Source: Candidatus Heimdallarchaeota archaeon (GTDB lineage Archaea > Asgardarchaeota > Heimdallarchaeia > Hodarchaeales > Hodarchaeaceae). Taken from it: a DNA stretch of 64,000 nucleotides. Numbering within the stretch: the first letter of the stretch is position 1; each line of letters begins with the position of its first letter. Location of the stretch: positions 18,009-82,008 of the forward strand of contig JBHLSH010000002.1 in NCBI GenBank assembly GCA_048881705.1. Direction: 5' to 3'. Made by a program: the position numbers and the translations under genes. Shown one piece after another: positions 28,624 through 38,920 of the stretch. The notes under the pieces were generated by a model. It ran no database searches. It saw only the letters and a program-made list of their open reading frames with translations, and had not been told where the DNA came from.

Positions 28624-30249
28624 ATGGTTGAAAAGATTTTAAAGCCCGAGCTACGAGTTATTGGTATGTTAACAATTATTGGAGGTACTCTTATTGATGG
28701 TACAGGAAGACCTCCTGTGGAAAACCCTGTTATAGTTGTTTCTAGAAGTAAGATCCTTAAGGTGGGAACTGAGATGGAGGTTGATATACCCAAAACCTCC
28801 AAAATCATTGATACAACAGGCAAGACGATTATTCCAAGTTTCATTGATTCTCATACTCATTTCCTGCTTATGGGAATCCGATCATTATCGCATCTAGATT
28901 TATCTCAAACAAAATCGATAGCAGAAGTACTAAAAAAAATCGGGGGAAAACTCAGAACGTTTCCTGAAGGGGCTTGGTTATATGGGCATGGATGGGATGA
29001 AAGTAACTGGCAAGAACGCCGCTATCCGACGAAAAAGGATCTGGATAGTGTTTCTCCCGATAATCCAATCAGTCTAACACCCATGTATGGACATTTAATG
29101 GTGGTAAACAGCCGCGCTCTGAAACTCGCTGGGATTACGCAGTCAACTCCGGAACCTAAAGGAGGTAGGATCGACCGGGATCCCAGTACTAAAGAGGCAA
29201 CGGGTATTCTTCGTGAAGAAGCAATGGGATTAATAGGGAGTCTCAAACCTCCCACTTCAAAGGAAGAATATGTTGCGGGAATACAAAAGGCCTGCGAAAT
29301 CACGTTGAGCTGGGGTTGTGCAAGCATCCATGAACTTGGCTTGAAAGCAGCGGAAATTCAAGCTTACCAGCTTGCATGGGAAAAGGGCATACTTAATGTA
29401 AGATCATATCTAATGCCAGATGTTCGGGATACAGAATCGATGTTGGATGGATTGGAAGTTCTAGGAATAAAAACAAGTTTTGGAAATGAATTTCTAAGAT
29501 TAGGTCCAATCAAAATATACGCTGATGGTTCAATGGGAGCACGAACAGCCGTTTTTTACGATCCATATTCTGACGATTCTTCAAGTTCGGGATTATTAAC
29601 TATTTCACCCAAAACACTTGAAGAAAGAGTGATCAGGGCCCATAAATTAGGAATCCAGGTAGCAATCCACGCTATAGGGGATAGAGGGATTGATGTGGCG
29701 CTGGATGCGATTGAAGCCGCTTTGACACTAGATCCAAGGAAGAATCATCGTCATAGGATAGAACATTGTGAAATTCTAAACCATAATCAAATTCAAAGAA
29801 TAAAACGCCTTGAGATTATCCCCTCAATGCAACCTAACTTTGTTGGAGAATGGGGACAATCCGGTGGTATGTATGAGCAACGTATAGGCCCGCGGATAGC
29901 CAATAACAATCCTTACAGAAAGTTACTGGATGCCGGTGTTGTCGTTTGCTTTGGATCTGATTGTGGATATTGCCCACCATGGCCCTTCAATCCACTCTAT
30001 GGCCTATGGGCCGCCGTTAACCATCCCATAAAAAAATATCAGATCTCAATACCCGAGGCTGTAAAATGCTACACCCTTAATGGAGCTTATGCTTCCTTTG
30101 AAGAAACTCTCAAGGGATCTATCGAACCCGGGAAATTTGCAGATATTGCGATTCTTTCAGAGGATCTGAATTCTATTGCCCCCGATGAAATCAGGAATGT
30201 TAAGGTCGATCTGACAATGGTGGAAGGCCTTGTAAAATGGAAGAGATAA
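28624..30249 (+). CDS. Amidohydrolase 3 family (YtcJ-like) metallohydrolase
   Basis: PSFIDSHTH, KIYADGSMGART, IHAIGD, RIEH, GSD and GSIEPGKFAD. Confidence 0.92.
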   Translation: MVEKILKPELRVIGMLTIIGGTLIDGTGRPPVENPVIVVSRSKILKVGTEMEVDIPKTSKIIDTTGKTIIPSFIDSHTHFLLMGIRSLSHLDLSQTKSIAEVLKKIGGKLRTFPEGAWLYGHGWDESNWQERRYPTKKDLDSVSPDNPISLTPMYGHLMVVNSRALKLAGITQSTPEPKGGRIDRDPSTKEATGILREEAMGLIGSLKPPTSKEEYVAGIQKACEITLSWGCASIHELGLKAAEIQAYQLAWEKGILNVRSYLMPDVRDTESMLDGLEVLGIKTSFGNEFLRLGPIKIYADGSMGARTAVFYDPYSDDSSSSGLLTISPKTLEERVIRAHKLGIQVAIHAIGDRGIDVALDAIEAALTLDPRKNHRHRIEHCEILNHNQIQRIKRLEIIPSMQPNFVGEWGQSGGMYEQRIGPRIANNNPYRKLLDAGVVVCFGSDCGYCPPWPFNPLYGLWAAVNHPIKKYQISIPEAVKCYTLNGAYASFEETLKGSIEPGKFADIAILSEDLNSIAPDEIRNVKVDLTMVEGLVKWKR

Positions 30250-30597
30250 AGTGGTAGAGTTTTTCTGAACTGTTTAATAAATTGAAGAAGAAGCTCTATG
30301 GGGAGAATAACTAGAATATAATTGGATTAATATGCATTTTTGACGGTTTATGGTATTTTTTTGGCAATTTTAAACAGGATGTCTTTGCTTTACCCTCCCC
30401 CTCTGTTAGTCTTATTAAAGGTTGAATTACTGGGGTATTCAGCATTGTTTATTATCTGCGGCGGGCCAAGTCATATTCAGCATAGAAAAACTAGAAAAAG
30501 GGAAATATCCTCTTTAATTCAGAGTCTATCACGTTAGTCCAAGCATTCATCAGATCCACGCTACTAATTTGTTCCGAAATCAAAGGAGTTACATAAA

Positions 30598-31803
30598 TTG
30601 AGTAAATACAAGTTACTTATGAAATCTATTGTCTTCAGTACCCGATCACGGCGGCGATTCTTCACATTCGTCATTGTTTTTTCTATTCTCTCGGGAGCCA
30701 CGATCATTCTCTTGAGTTATTTCGATAATTTTTCACGAGAAGGTCTACTACTGCATAGAGGAGTCGTAATAGACACTGAAGGATTAGATACGATTAATCT
30801 TACCCAAGTTCAAATAGATCTCGGAACAAATGATGGCCAAGCAGTCACAGGGGCGGAAGTCATCATTTTCTTCAAATATGTAAACTTCGGGTCCAATTTG
30901 AGGATTTTCAGCCTAAATTCACATTATCCCTGGGCATTCAATGCCCTGAACCCGAACCACTTAGTGAACGGCAGATTTCCCATAGGCAAGTATGAAGCTT
31001 TGGTTTCTGAAGATGCTTTGGTTGCACTGAACGATACTGAAGGAGCTATAAACATTTACACGAAACCCGTGATAGGTACCAAACTCACTATCGGTGCAAG
31101 TAAAGACTCTGATTTCGAGTTGACTGTGGCTGGGATTTTTCGAAAGCCTGTAACCCCAACAATCAGCTCCGATAGTCGAGAATGGATACTGGTTACAGAG
31201 GAAGCCTTTGCAGAGCTCGTAGGAGGACAGCATCTGGCTTTAAATTCCGATGAAATCGGTGTACTCTCAGTAACAATTATAGCAGGGGGGGACATATTTG
31301 GAGGCGAGGCTTACAGCAATGTGGATGCTTTGGCAACCACCTTTCAGGATGAAATAACTGGAAATCCCCATTTATACAAAATTGTTTTTGTTGAAAAAAT
31401 AGCGAAAGATAATACTCGAGATAGTGCAATAATTTCCCTTCTCTTTGGTTTATTTGGGACCTTCATGGTGAGCACCTTGTATGCTTACTTAATAACCCGT
31501 TTTCGGAGACGAGAAGTCGCTATTCTGAAGGCCATGGGTTATTCGAAATGGGATGTTAGGACAGTTGTACTGACGGAGATCCTAGTGGTAGCAATAACGG
31601 GATTCCTAATAGGATTAATTGCAATTCAGGCATACTTTTGGAATCCACTAGGACGTGAAACATCTTATTTTTATCTAATTGCTTATTCTTCAGCCACAGT
31701 TCTTGCTTTCGGTGCAGTCGTTCTATCCACGGTGCCTGGTTTCATCTTGATATCGGCCCGAATTCTTTCCGTTCGTCCCATAGAAATTTTTAGACAGAAA
31801 TAA
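30598..31803 (+). CDS. ABC transporter permease, FtsX/MacB family
   Basis: RRREVAILKAMGYS motif; N-terminal TM, periplasmic-type domain and 3 C-terminal TMs. Confidence 0.88.
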   Translation: MSKYKLLMKSIVFSTRSRRRFFTFVIVFSILSGATIILLSYFDNFSREGLLLHRGVVIDTEGLDTINLTQVQIDLGTNDGQAVTGAEVIIFFKYVNFGSNLRIFSLNSHYPWAFNALNPNHLVNGRFPIGKYEALVSEDALVALNDTEGAINIYTKPVIGTKLTIGASKDSDFELTVAGIFRKPVTPTISSDSREWILVTEEAFAELVGGQHLALNSDEIGVLSVTIIAGGDIFGGEAYSNVDALATTFQDEITGNPHLYKIVFVEKIAKDNTRDSAIISLLFGLFGTFMVSTLYAYLITRFRRREVAILKAMGYSKWDVRTVVLTEILVVAITGFLIGLIAIQAYFWNPLGRETSYFYLIAYSSATVLAFGAVVLSTVPGFILISARILSVRPIEIFRQK

Positions 31804-31816
31804 GGAGATATGGTCA

Positions 31817-32497
31817 ATGAGTAGTTCAAATATACTAATCGAAGCAAAGGATCTTACAAAAGAGTACATGCGCGGAAGAAACGAGGTTGTTATTGCTCTT
31901 AATGATATAGACCTCAAAATCCCCAAAGGAAAACTTGTGATGGTGACAGGTCCCTCAGGGTCAGGGAAAAGTACTCTACTCAATGTTCTATCGGGTCTCG
32001 ACAAGCCTACAGAAGGAAAAATCCTCTATGAAGATGAAAATATTGCAGATTGGGAAGAGGAACGTATATCACAATTTAGACAGCAAAATATCGGATTTAT
32101 ATTTCAAAATTGGGAGCTAATCCGCACTATGAAAGCTCTCGAAAATATCGAATCTCCCCTCTACCCCCTTAAAATCAAAGGTAAGGAAATTCGGACTCGT
32201 GCGGCCGCGCTGCTTAGACAAGTCGGATTATGGGACAAGGCGGATAACTACCCCGATGAATTAAGCGGGGGTGAACAGCAAAGAGTGGGGATAGCCCGAG
32301 CTTTGGTGGGAAAACCTCGGATTATCTTCGCAGATGAACCTACCGGAAATCTAGATCAAGATAATGCCACCTCTACAATGCGCCTTCTTAAAAGCTTCAC
32401 AAAACGGGACACTGCTATTCTGGTGGTCACACATAACGAGGAACTGAAAAAATACTCGGATGTATCCCATCAATTGTCATCGGGTCGATTTGTCTAA
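31817..32497 (+). CDS. ABC transporter ATP-binding protein (LolD/MacB-like)
   Basis: [25 protein letters not shown] and VTH. Confidence 0.95.
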   Translation: MSSSNILIEAKDLTKEYMRGRNEVVIALNDIDLKIPKGKLVMVTGPSGSGKSTLLNVLSGLDKPTEGKILYEDENIADWEEERISQFRQQNIGFIFQNWELIRTMKALENIESPLYPLKIKGKEIRTRAAALLRQVGLWDKADNYPDELSGGEQQRVGIARALVGKPRIIFADEPTGNLDQDNATSTMRLLKSFTKRDTAILVVTHNEELKKYSDVSHQLSSGRFV

Positions 32498-32547
32498 ATC
32501 ACAATCCTAAAAGGAGCTAGGCTTTTCCGCCATAACGGAGGTCTGTT

Positions 32548-33300
32548 ATGCTCGAAACAGAGATACAGGGCGGGGTGGGAATCATTCGACTTAGTCGGGG
32601 GATTACAAATGCGATCAATTTCCAATTGGTGGCCGAATTAACCGCCACCCTTGAAAATATGATATCAAGTGATTCAGAGATCAAAGTTATCCTCCTGACA
32701 AGCAGTAACGACAAGTTTTTTGCGATTGGCTTTGACCTACCGGAAGTCCTAGGATTTTCGCGATCGGAATTCCAAGAATTTTATCAAGGATTCAATAGGT
32801 TATCCTTATTACTGTACAAGACACCCAAGCCAACTGTGGCCGCCCTAACAGGCCATGCTACGGCTGGGGGTTGTATTTTGGCTCTCTGTTGTGACTATCG
32901 CATTATTGGCCAGGGCCGAACCTTAATGGGATTGAACGAAGTCAAATTAGGGGTTCCAGTTCCCTATCCTGGAGACGTCATCCTACGTGATTTGGTAGGA
33001 ACCCGTCATGCCCGAGAAATCATGGAACTCGGAGAGTTCTATAAGCCTGATAAGCTTTTAGAGCTAGGGATGGTAGATGAAATTGTACCAAAAGCCGAGG
33101 TCAGAGCAAGGGCACTAGAAAGAGCGCATGAGTACAGTTTATTGCCTCCTCCAGCTTTTCAAGTTATTAAGAAAAATCGGATTCAACCAGTTGTGGATCG
33201 TATTCAAGAGAAGTTGGCCGCTAGGGAACAGCAATTTCTCGCTTGTTGGTTCTCTGAAGATACTCAATCTACTTTGAGGAAAGCAATGGAAAAATTCTAG
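32548..33300 (+). CDS. Enoyl-CoA hydratase/isomerase (crotonase) family
   Basis: FAIGFDL, GHATAGGCILALCCDYR and GLNEVKLG. Confidence 0.92.
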   Translation: MLETEIQGGVGIIRLSRGITNAINFQLVAELTATLENMISSDSEIKVILLTSSNDKFFAIGFDLPEVLGFSRSEFQEFYQGFNRLSLLLYKTPKPTVAALTGHATAGGCILALCCDYRIIGQGRTLMGLNEVKLGVPVPYPGDVILRDLVGTRHAREIMELGEFYKPDKLLELGMVDEIVPKAEVRARALERAHEYSLLPPPAFQVIKKNRIQPVVDRIQEKLAAREQQFLACWFSEDTQSTLRKAMEKF

Positions 33301-33321
33301 CCAGGGGCGGCGGGTTCCTTC

Positions 33322-34116
33322 CTAGAATCCACTCACTATGGCGTCTGCGAGCTTATCAATATACTGTGTGAAGGGATGATCAGGATACTTAAGGGAAAAG
33401 ATCGTTCGTGATCCCTCACGAGCTACTTCACAATAGCATGGGATACTGGTAATTACTCGCATTCTCATCTCAGATTCTATGGTGGATTGAAACTCATTCA
33501 CCAATTTTAGGTCAGTTTCGCTCCAAACACCATGTTCAGGCGGACAGGTTTCGGCCACAACACGGTTCAGTACCACGTAATTTTTGGCATCAAGTAACGA
33601 ATAAAGCTGGGTTACCATACTCTTTGTTCCACTGATATCAAAATCATCGGCCTTCAAAACGAGACAGGTGGCATCAGAGATGACCAATCCGTCAATACTC
33701 TCCATTTGTACCCCTGGACTTGTATCAATTATTGTATAGTCAAATCCAGACTCAGTTAGCTCGTCTCTGAGCCGGAGAATGCGTTTCAAAGACCTTTGTC
33801 GTTGTTTCTTGTCCGCTCGCACGATTTCTCCCATTTTACGAAAGTCCGTGGATGCAAAAGCTGCGTATAATGGAATCTTGTATTCCTTCTCGAACGACTT
33901 CAAGATATCCTCGCCTGTTAGATCTGGGTCAAAGAGTAAGTCATTAATCGTGACATCTGTGTCAATTCCGCATAAGGTCTGAAGATTTGGCCCTCGGAAA
34001 TCAAGATCCAAGATACACGTCTTATGCCCCTGGCGAGCAAGAATCGTTGCCAAGTTGGCACTTAGATGGGTTTTTCCTGTTCCGCCCTTATAGCTATGGA
34101 AAGCAATAATCTTCAT
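33322..34116 (-). CDS. MinD/ParA family Walker ATPase
   Basis: Deviant Walker A KGGTGKT, DLDFRGPNL and IIDTSPG. Confidence 0.92.
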   Translation of the reverse strand: MKIIAFHSYKGGTGKTHLSANLATILARQGHKTCILDLDFRGPNLQTLCGIDTDVTINDLLFDPDLTGEDILKSFEKEYKIPLYAAFASTDFRKMGEIVRADKKQRQRSLKRILRLRDELTESGFDYTIIDTSPGVQMESIDGLVISDATCLVLKADDFDISGTKSMVTQLYSLLDAKNYVVLNRVVAETCPPEHGVWSETDLKLVNEFQSTIESEMRMRVITSIPCYCEVAREGSRTIFSLKYPDHPFTQYIDKLADAIVSGF

Positions 34117-34160
34117 TGATCACACCTTAATCGATTTCTAATCCTGAATATACGTAAGAA

Positions 34161-34841
34161 TTAAATTTCCTCTTCATCTGATATCCTGATTGCCATCCGT
34201 GGTTTTTTCATGGCATGATTTAAATCATCATCAGAACCGTTGCCATTTTCTCTAGATCCCTCTCCGGAATAAAAAAGTACCCTCTTCCCCTCTCTCATTT
34301 TATAAATTAGTCCTTTATCAGTAAGTTGGTTGAGATAATCGGACTCGGTCGGTCTTGATTTCCCCGTTCTGGCGGCGACCTCTTGCGCTGTTATACCGCG
34401 TTCAGCCTTCATAACAGTCCCGTAGGTGCCTCGTAAATGACGAGGTACCTGCATTAATATATCCAATCCTGTCGATATCTTCGAAGAATTGGTGGCCGAT
34501 CCGGGAGTCTTGAGCGACACTTTCTCAATCATGTTACGGTTCACTTTGGCCATATGCTTTATTTCTCTAATATCTGCAAAGATTCCTTTGATCTCCCCAT
34601 GAATCCCCGCAATTAATACCTCGATTGAGGCCCGTGTCGACTCGAGATTGTTCTTAAACGAATTATGAACCTCTTGTAACTCTTTCTTTAGAGCAATATA
34701 TAATTCATCAGGAATGGGTTTCTCTTTTCGATCCGCGTTTGTTCCATCTGAGGAATCCATAAACCCAAAACCTAAATTATCTGGAGAGTATTCAACTTTA
34801 TTTATTTTCCTTAAGGAAAATCGATCTCCAAGTCTCGGCAC
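34161..34841 (-). CDS. Coiled-coil plus C-terminal wHTH DNA-binding protein; start may be ATG 34760
   Basis: Heptad-like LKKELQEVHNSFKNNLESTRASIEVL; ITAQEVAARTGKSRPTESDYLNQLTDKGLIYKMREGKRVLF. Confidence 0.75.
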   Translation of the reverse strand: MPRLGDRFSLRKINKVEYSPDNLGFGFMDSSDGTNADRKEKPIPDELYIALKKELQEVHNSFKNNLESTRASIEVLIAGIHGEIKGIFADIREIKHMAKVNRNMIEKVSLKTPGSATNSSKISTGLDILMQVPRHLRGTYGTVMKAERGITAQEVAARTGKSRPTESDYLNQLTDKGLIYKMREGKRVLFYSGEGSRENGNGSDDDLNHAMKKPRMAIRISDEEEI

Positions 34842-34951
34842 TCATGACACCACGAAAATTCCAACCGACAAAACGGAAGTTTTAACTCGGGGAACATTTA
34901 GAATCGCCCTTATTTACCCTGTACTATACGTAGACGAGAGTATCTCGTCCA

Positions 34952-35215
34952 CTAGTTCAGGGCATAATAATGAGAACGGAGATCTCGAAGATCCGGTACT
35001 CTTCGTACCAGTGCGTCTTCGATCAAAATTTTTAAAGCGTATCTAATTGTTCGATTACTTAAGGTGGTGTGATTACCGATTTCTTGCGGTTTTAGGGCTC
35101 CATTTAGTTTTAGTAATTGATAAACTTCCCTTGCAGATTTGGGAAGATGCGTAATCCGAGTATCATTATCTTCATGTAGCTGATTTCCTAGCTCATCTCT
35201 TGAATCAATCGCCAT
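34952..35215 (-). CDS. Small wHTH transcription regulator (MarR/Lrp-like HTH)
   Basis: LPKSAREVYQLL...LSNRTIRYALKIL...DLRSHYY. Confidence 0.8.
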   Translation of the reverse strand: MAIDSRDELGNQLHEDNDTRITHLPKSAREVYQLLKLNGALKPQEIGNHTTLSNRTIRYALKILIEDALVRRVPDLRDLRSHYYALN

Positions 35216-35230
35216 ACCAATTTCTCCAAG

Positions 35231-35335
35231 TGTTGATTATTGTTGATGATTTGATGATGTGCCTTTAAAAATCTTACTCTTATCTAATTTCTCACCGAAT
35301 GCTTTGATCTATGGCAACCATCTTGTTGATGATGT
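35231..35335. repeat. Short direct repeats upstream of the wHTH-wHTH-MinD/ParA cluster
   Basis: TGTTGATTAT, TGTTGATGAT and TTGATGATGT are contiguous at 35231-35260; TTGTTGATGAT occurs exactly at 35240-35250 and 35323-35333. Confidence 0.55.
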
Positions 35336-35536
35336 AACAGTCATACAGCTTCATGTATGAGCCCGTATCGTGCTTTTGAAGGAGAAAATCAAGTGAAACG
35401 ATCTGTATAACACAACCTGCCCATCGCTTCTTCTATCTTGTTTCTTCGTGTGATTTTTTGGGCTCACCATGGTTTTGATGAAAACATTCGATATATTTAA
35501 TTTGATAAGAGCGTTATTGATTGATGGTGTAATCTC

Positions 35537-36349
35537 TTGAACTTTGGTTGTGTTTTTCCAAAATCGGATCCTCGGAAGGCCATCGAATTCGCCAAAGAGG
35601 CTGAAAAATGTGGATGGAACGGGTTTTTTGTATGGGAACCGATCTATGGAGCTGATGCGTGGGTAACGCTTTCAGCAATAGCCAGCCAAACCAAAACCAT
35701 CAAGCTCGGAACCCTTATTAGTCCATTATCGCGGATGCGACCATGGAAGATAGCTAGTGAGGTTTTGACCCTTGATATCATTTCCCATGGAAGGATAATC
35801 TTGGGAGTTGCTTTAGGAGCACTTGATACGGGATTTGCAGAGTTTGGAGAAGTAACAGAGAGAAAAACAAGGGCTGAATTACTAGATGAAGCATTAGAAA
35901 TCATTATGAATTTTTGGAAGGGGGAATATACATACAGTGGCAAGCATTATGATATCAAGGAGTGTTCCTTTTTTCAACAAGTTCCTCCACCAAGACCTAT
36001 CCAGAAAGAGCTGCCTATTTGGGTTGTTGGTGCCTGGCCACGAACTAAATCATTAAGACGGACTATGAAGTATGCTGGCATTATCCCAAATGTCCTGAAT
36101 GAACGAAATCAACACGAAGAAGTAACTCCTGAACATATTCAGAAAATAAGAGAATTTATGATCGAAGGAATTGCAGAAAAACCATTTGACATTGTAGTTG
36201 AAGGGACAACCTCAGAAAACTCTTTGAAAGCGAGAGAAATTGTTCTTCCTTTTAAAGAAGCAGGAGCAACTTGGTGGATTGAATCTCAATGGATGGCCGA
36301 ATCCTTGGACGAGGTCCTCGTCAGAATTAAAGCTGGGCCACCTATATAG
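35537..36349 (+). CDS. LLM-class flavin-dependent oxidoreductase
   Basis: DAWVTLSAIASQTKTIKLGTLISPL and GRIILGVALG. Confidence 0.9.
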   Translation: MNFGCVFPKSDPRKAIEFAKEAEKCGWNGFFVWEPIYGADAWVTLSAIASQTKTIKLGTLISPLSRMRPWKIASEVLTLDIISHGRIILGVALGALDTGFAEFGEVTERKTRAELLDEALEIIMNFWKGEYTYSGKHYDIKECSFFQQVPPPRPIQKELPIWVVGAWPRTKSLRRTMKYAGIIPNVLNERNQHEEVTPEHIQKIREFMIEGIAEKPFDIVVEGTTSENSLKAREIVLPFKEAGATWWIESQWMAESLDEVLVRIKAGPPI

Positions 36350-36543
36350 CATGAAACCACAGAAGGTTGATCACAAGGATACGAAATGTACCCCATCAAG
36401 AAATATATTTGGACACCAAAAAGAGGGTCACAAATGGCAGAAACAGAAACCGAGGGATTTTGTATCTGTAAAAAATCCTGAAGTGACTGACTAAAACGTA
36501 TTTAAACAACTTCCTTGGAACGCCAAGAAGCGAGCGGATACTC

Positions 36544-37518
36544 GTGGGAAATGATATCGCGATAAAAGTGGTTGGCCTAACAAAGATTTTTGGGAAAGGG
36601 GAACAACAGGTTAAAGCAGTCGATAATATTAGCCTGCAGATTAATCAAGGAGAGATCTTTGGATTTTTGGGGCCCAATGGAGCAGGAAAGACAACCTCCC
36701 TAAGAATGATGGTGGGCCTTTTGGAACCAACGAAAGGAGAGGTTGAAATCCTAGGTAAGAATCCCAAAGAAGGCCAAACTGAGATTAAGCGAGTTCTGGG
36801 GATTATCCCGCAGGAGATCAGCCTTTATCCAGAGTTGACCGTTGAGGAGAATATGAAGTTTCTTGCGGATGCCTATAAAATTCCAAAAGATGTTGCAAAA
36901 GAACGCATTAACCAGTTGATCAAAGCATTGGGCCTAGAGGACAAACGTAGAACCTACGTGAAGAATCTTTCAGGTGGATTAAAACGGCGAACAAACTTGA
37001 TTGTCTCTTTAATACACGATCCGGACATTATCCTCTGTGATGAGCCCACACCAGGCTTAGATCCTCAATCCCGCGTTGTAGTGTGGGATTTCATCAAGAA
37101 TCTAAAAGAAAAACATGGAAAAACTGTGATTCTGACAACTCACTTCATGGAGGAAGCAGACCGTCTCTCGGATCGAGTAGCGATCATAGACCACGGAAAG
37201 GTGTTAGTGATGGATAATCCATCAAAACTCAAAGCTTCTATTGGGGAAGGGGATTTGTTAGAGCTTGAGTTAGCTGATACTACTGAAGAACAGCTTGAAA
37301 CTTTTGTTAACGATTTAAAGGGATTTGGCAAGCCCATAGAAGACGCCTATGTGTCAGGAGGCCTGATCTTGGTAAGAGCTTTAGATATAGTTCGTAATTT
37401 GGCGAAAATCCTCAATTCAATAGAAGACAAAGGTGCAGTTGTGGAGAACATGTCGATTCGAAGCACAACCCTAGAGGACGTCTTCATCCATTTAACCGGA
37501 CGTGCCCTTCGTAATTGA
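36544..37518 (+). CDS. ABC-2 exporter ATP-binding protein (DrrA-like)
   Basis: GPNGAGKT, LSGG, DEPT, LTTHFMEEA and TLEDVFIHLTG. Confidence 0.95.
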   Translation: MGNDIAIKVVGLTKIFGKGEQQVKAVDNISLQINQGEIFGFLGPNGAGKTTSLRMMVGLLEPTKGEVEILGKNPKEGQTEIKRVLGIIPQEISLYPELTVEENMKFLADAYKIPKDVAKERINQLIKALGLEDKRRTYVKNLSGGLKRRTNLIVSLIHDPDIILCDEPTPGLDPQSRVVVWDFIKNLKEKHGKTVILTTHFMEEADRLSDRVAIIDHGKVLVMDNPSKLKASIGEGDLLELELADTTEEQLETFVNDLKGFGKPIEDAYVSGGLILVRALDIVRNLAKILNSIEDKGAVVENMSIRSTTLEDVFIHLTGRALRN

Positions 37519-37533
37519 ACAGAAATCTCACAG

Positions 37534-38916
37534 GTGCAAAATTTGGTTCAATTAACGTTTTTTAGTGTTACAGGAGTGTATGGAAAGGCGCTTCTCAGAT
37601 CTAGATGGACCATCGTTGTCTTTCTGGTACTTCCTGGATTCATGGGGTTCATGTTTTGGTTTGCTTTTGGAAATACAGGCTTACAGGGGGCCACAACCCA
37701 CGAAATCGGCGTAATTAACAATGATGAAGGAATAGCAGAGGATCTGGCAGCTTTTCTAGAAGCAGCCAAAGGTTTCGGCTATGATACCGGAATCCCCTCA
37801 TCTACTCTCGAGTTAGGTTTTGCTTCCGATTTTATTGCAATTTTAAACACCACAGAATACCCTACGGAGAGTAATACTGATTCAATACGAATTTTCAGGG
37901 TACAGGAGTTCACCAATTTATCTGAAGGACAACGAATGGTTGAAAATCAGCTGATTGATGGGTTGGTGATCTTTAATCCTGATTTTTCCAATATGACTTT
38001 AAGTGCCATCAATGAGGTTCAAAAAATCAAGAATGGATCCTATATAGATGAGGATCCGAATTGGATCTCTTTTAATGGTCCAGAATTCCCGAAAAATTAC
38101 AACAGCTCTCTTACCCTCTTGGGAGACGAGAATAATTTTAACTATTTTATTGTGGAAAACATTTTGACCAGTTTCTTCACAAATTATGCGGAGTCAATTG
38201 CGTCCCTTGACTATACCGGAGGTCATCTAAAATTGGAGATTGGGGGAATAACCTTGCAAGATTATAGTCTTTTTGATTCCGTTATGCCTGGAATACTCGT
38301 TTTCGCAGTTTTGACGCAAGCCAGTATGATTGCTTCCATTCTTGTTGGTGAAGTCACGGAATCAAAAACCATTGGTCGAATTCGTCTGAGTGTGCTTTCC
38401 CCATGGGAATATGTACTGGGAGTGGCGTTACTAAACTTTTTGGGCTCATTCATTCAGATTGTCGTCTTGCTCGCTGTCTCAATTATATTCCTAGGTTTTA
38501 ATCCCGCTGGGGATGCAATTCAGGGGATTATTATTCTTCTGGCTTTAACGACCTTTACAACAGGACTAGGCTTTCTCTTTGGAGGTATTTTTCGTTCGGC
38601 CGATATGGCAGGACAATCCGCGGGATTCATAATGACTCCATTGGCATTCATGTCTGGTGCGTTCTTTGAAATCCCAGGTATCACCCTAATTCCCGGGTTT
38701 TTCCCAACAGCTGCAGGTATACCACGAGACTTCATCCTTTGGGATCTATTACCTCCAACGCATGCCGTAAACGCCTTACGCTCAATCTTGCTTTATGATT
38801 TCAACTTGATTGAAGAGAGTGCTAGTTTTTTGATGATTTTAATTACGGGATTGCTCTTGCTTGGAATGAGTATGGTTTTTTACTCAAAACGCAGGTTTTC
38901 GGGTGATATTACATAG
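37534..38916 (+). CDS. ABC-2 exporter permease
   Basis: N-terminal TM, large external domain, 5 C-terminal TMs and LPPTHAVNALR. Confidence 0.88.
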   Translation: MQNLVQLTFFSVTGVYGKALLRSRWTIVVFLVLPGFMGFMFWFAFGNTGLQGATTHEIGVINNDEGIAEDLAAFLEAAKGFGYDTGIPSSTLELGFASDFIAILNTTEYPTESNTDSIRIFRVQEFTNLSEGQRMVENQLIDGLVIFNPDFSNMTLSAINEVQKIKNGSYIDEDPNWISFNGPEFPKNYNSSLTLLGDENNFNYFIVENILTSFFTNYAESIASLDYTGGHLKLEIGGITLQDYSLFDSVMPGILVFAVLTQASMIASILVGEVTESKTIGRIRLSVLSPWEYVLGVALLNFLGSFIQIVVLLAVSIIFLGFNPAGDAIQGIIILLALTTFTTGLGFLFGGIFRSADMAGQSAGFIMTPLAFMSGAFFEIPGITLIPGFFPTAAGIPRDFILWDLLPPTHAVNALRSILLYDFNLIEESASFLMILITGLLLLGMSMVFYSKRRFSGDIT

Positions 38917-38920
38917 TTAG

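Noticed and set aside
30340-30537. 65-aa hydrophobic ORF upstream of the ABC operon
   Set aside because: No SD, no motif, AT-rich intergenic composition; probably spurious.
36240-36494. 84-aa ORF overlapping the LLM gene end; GGATTTT/AAAATCC repeat at 36455-36478
   Set aside because: Out-of-frame overlap without motifs; a 7-bp AT-rich inverted repeat is within chance.
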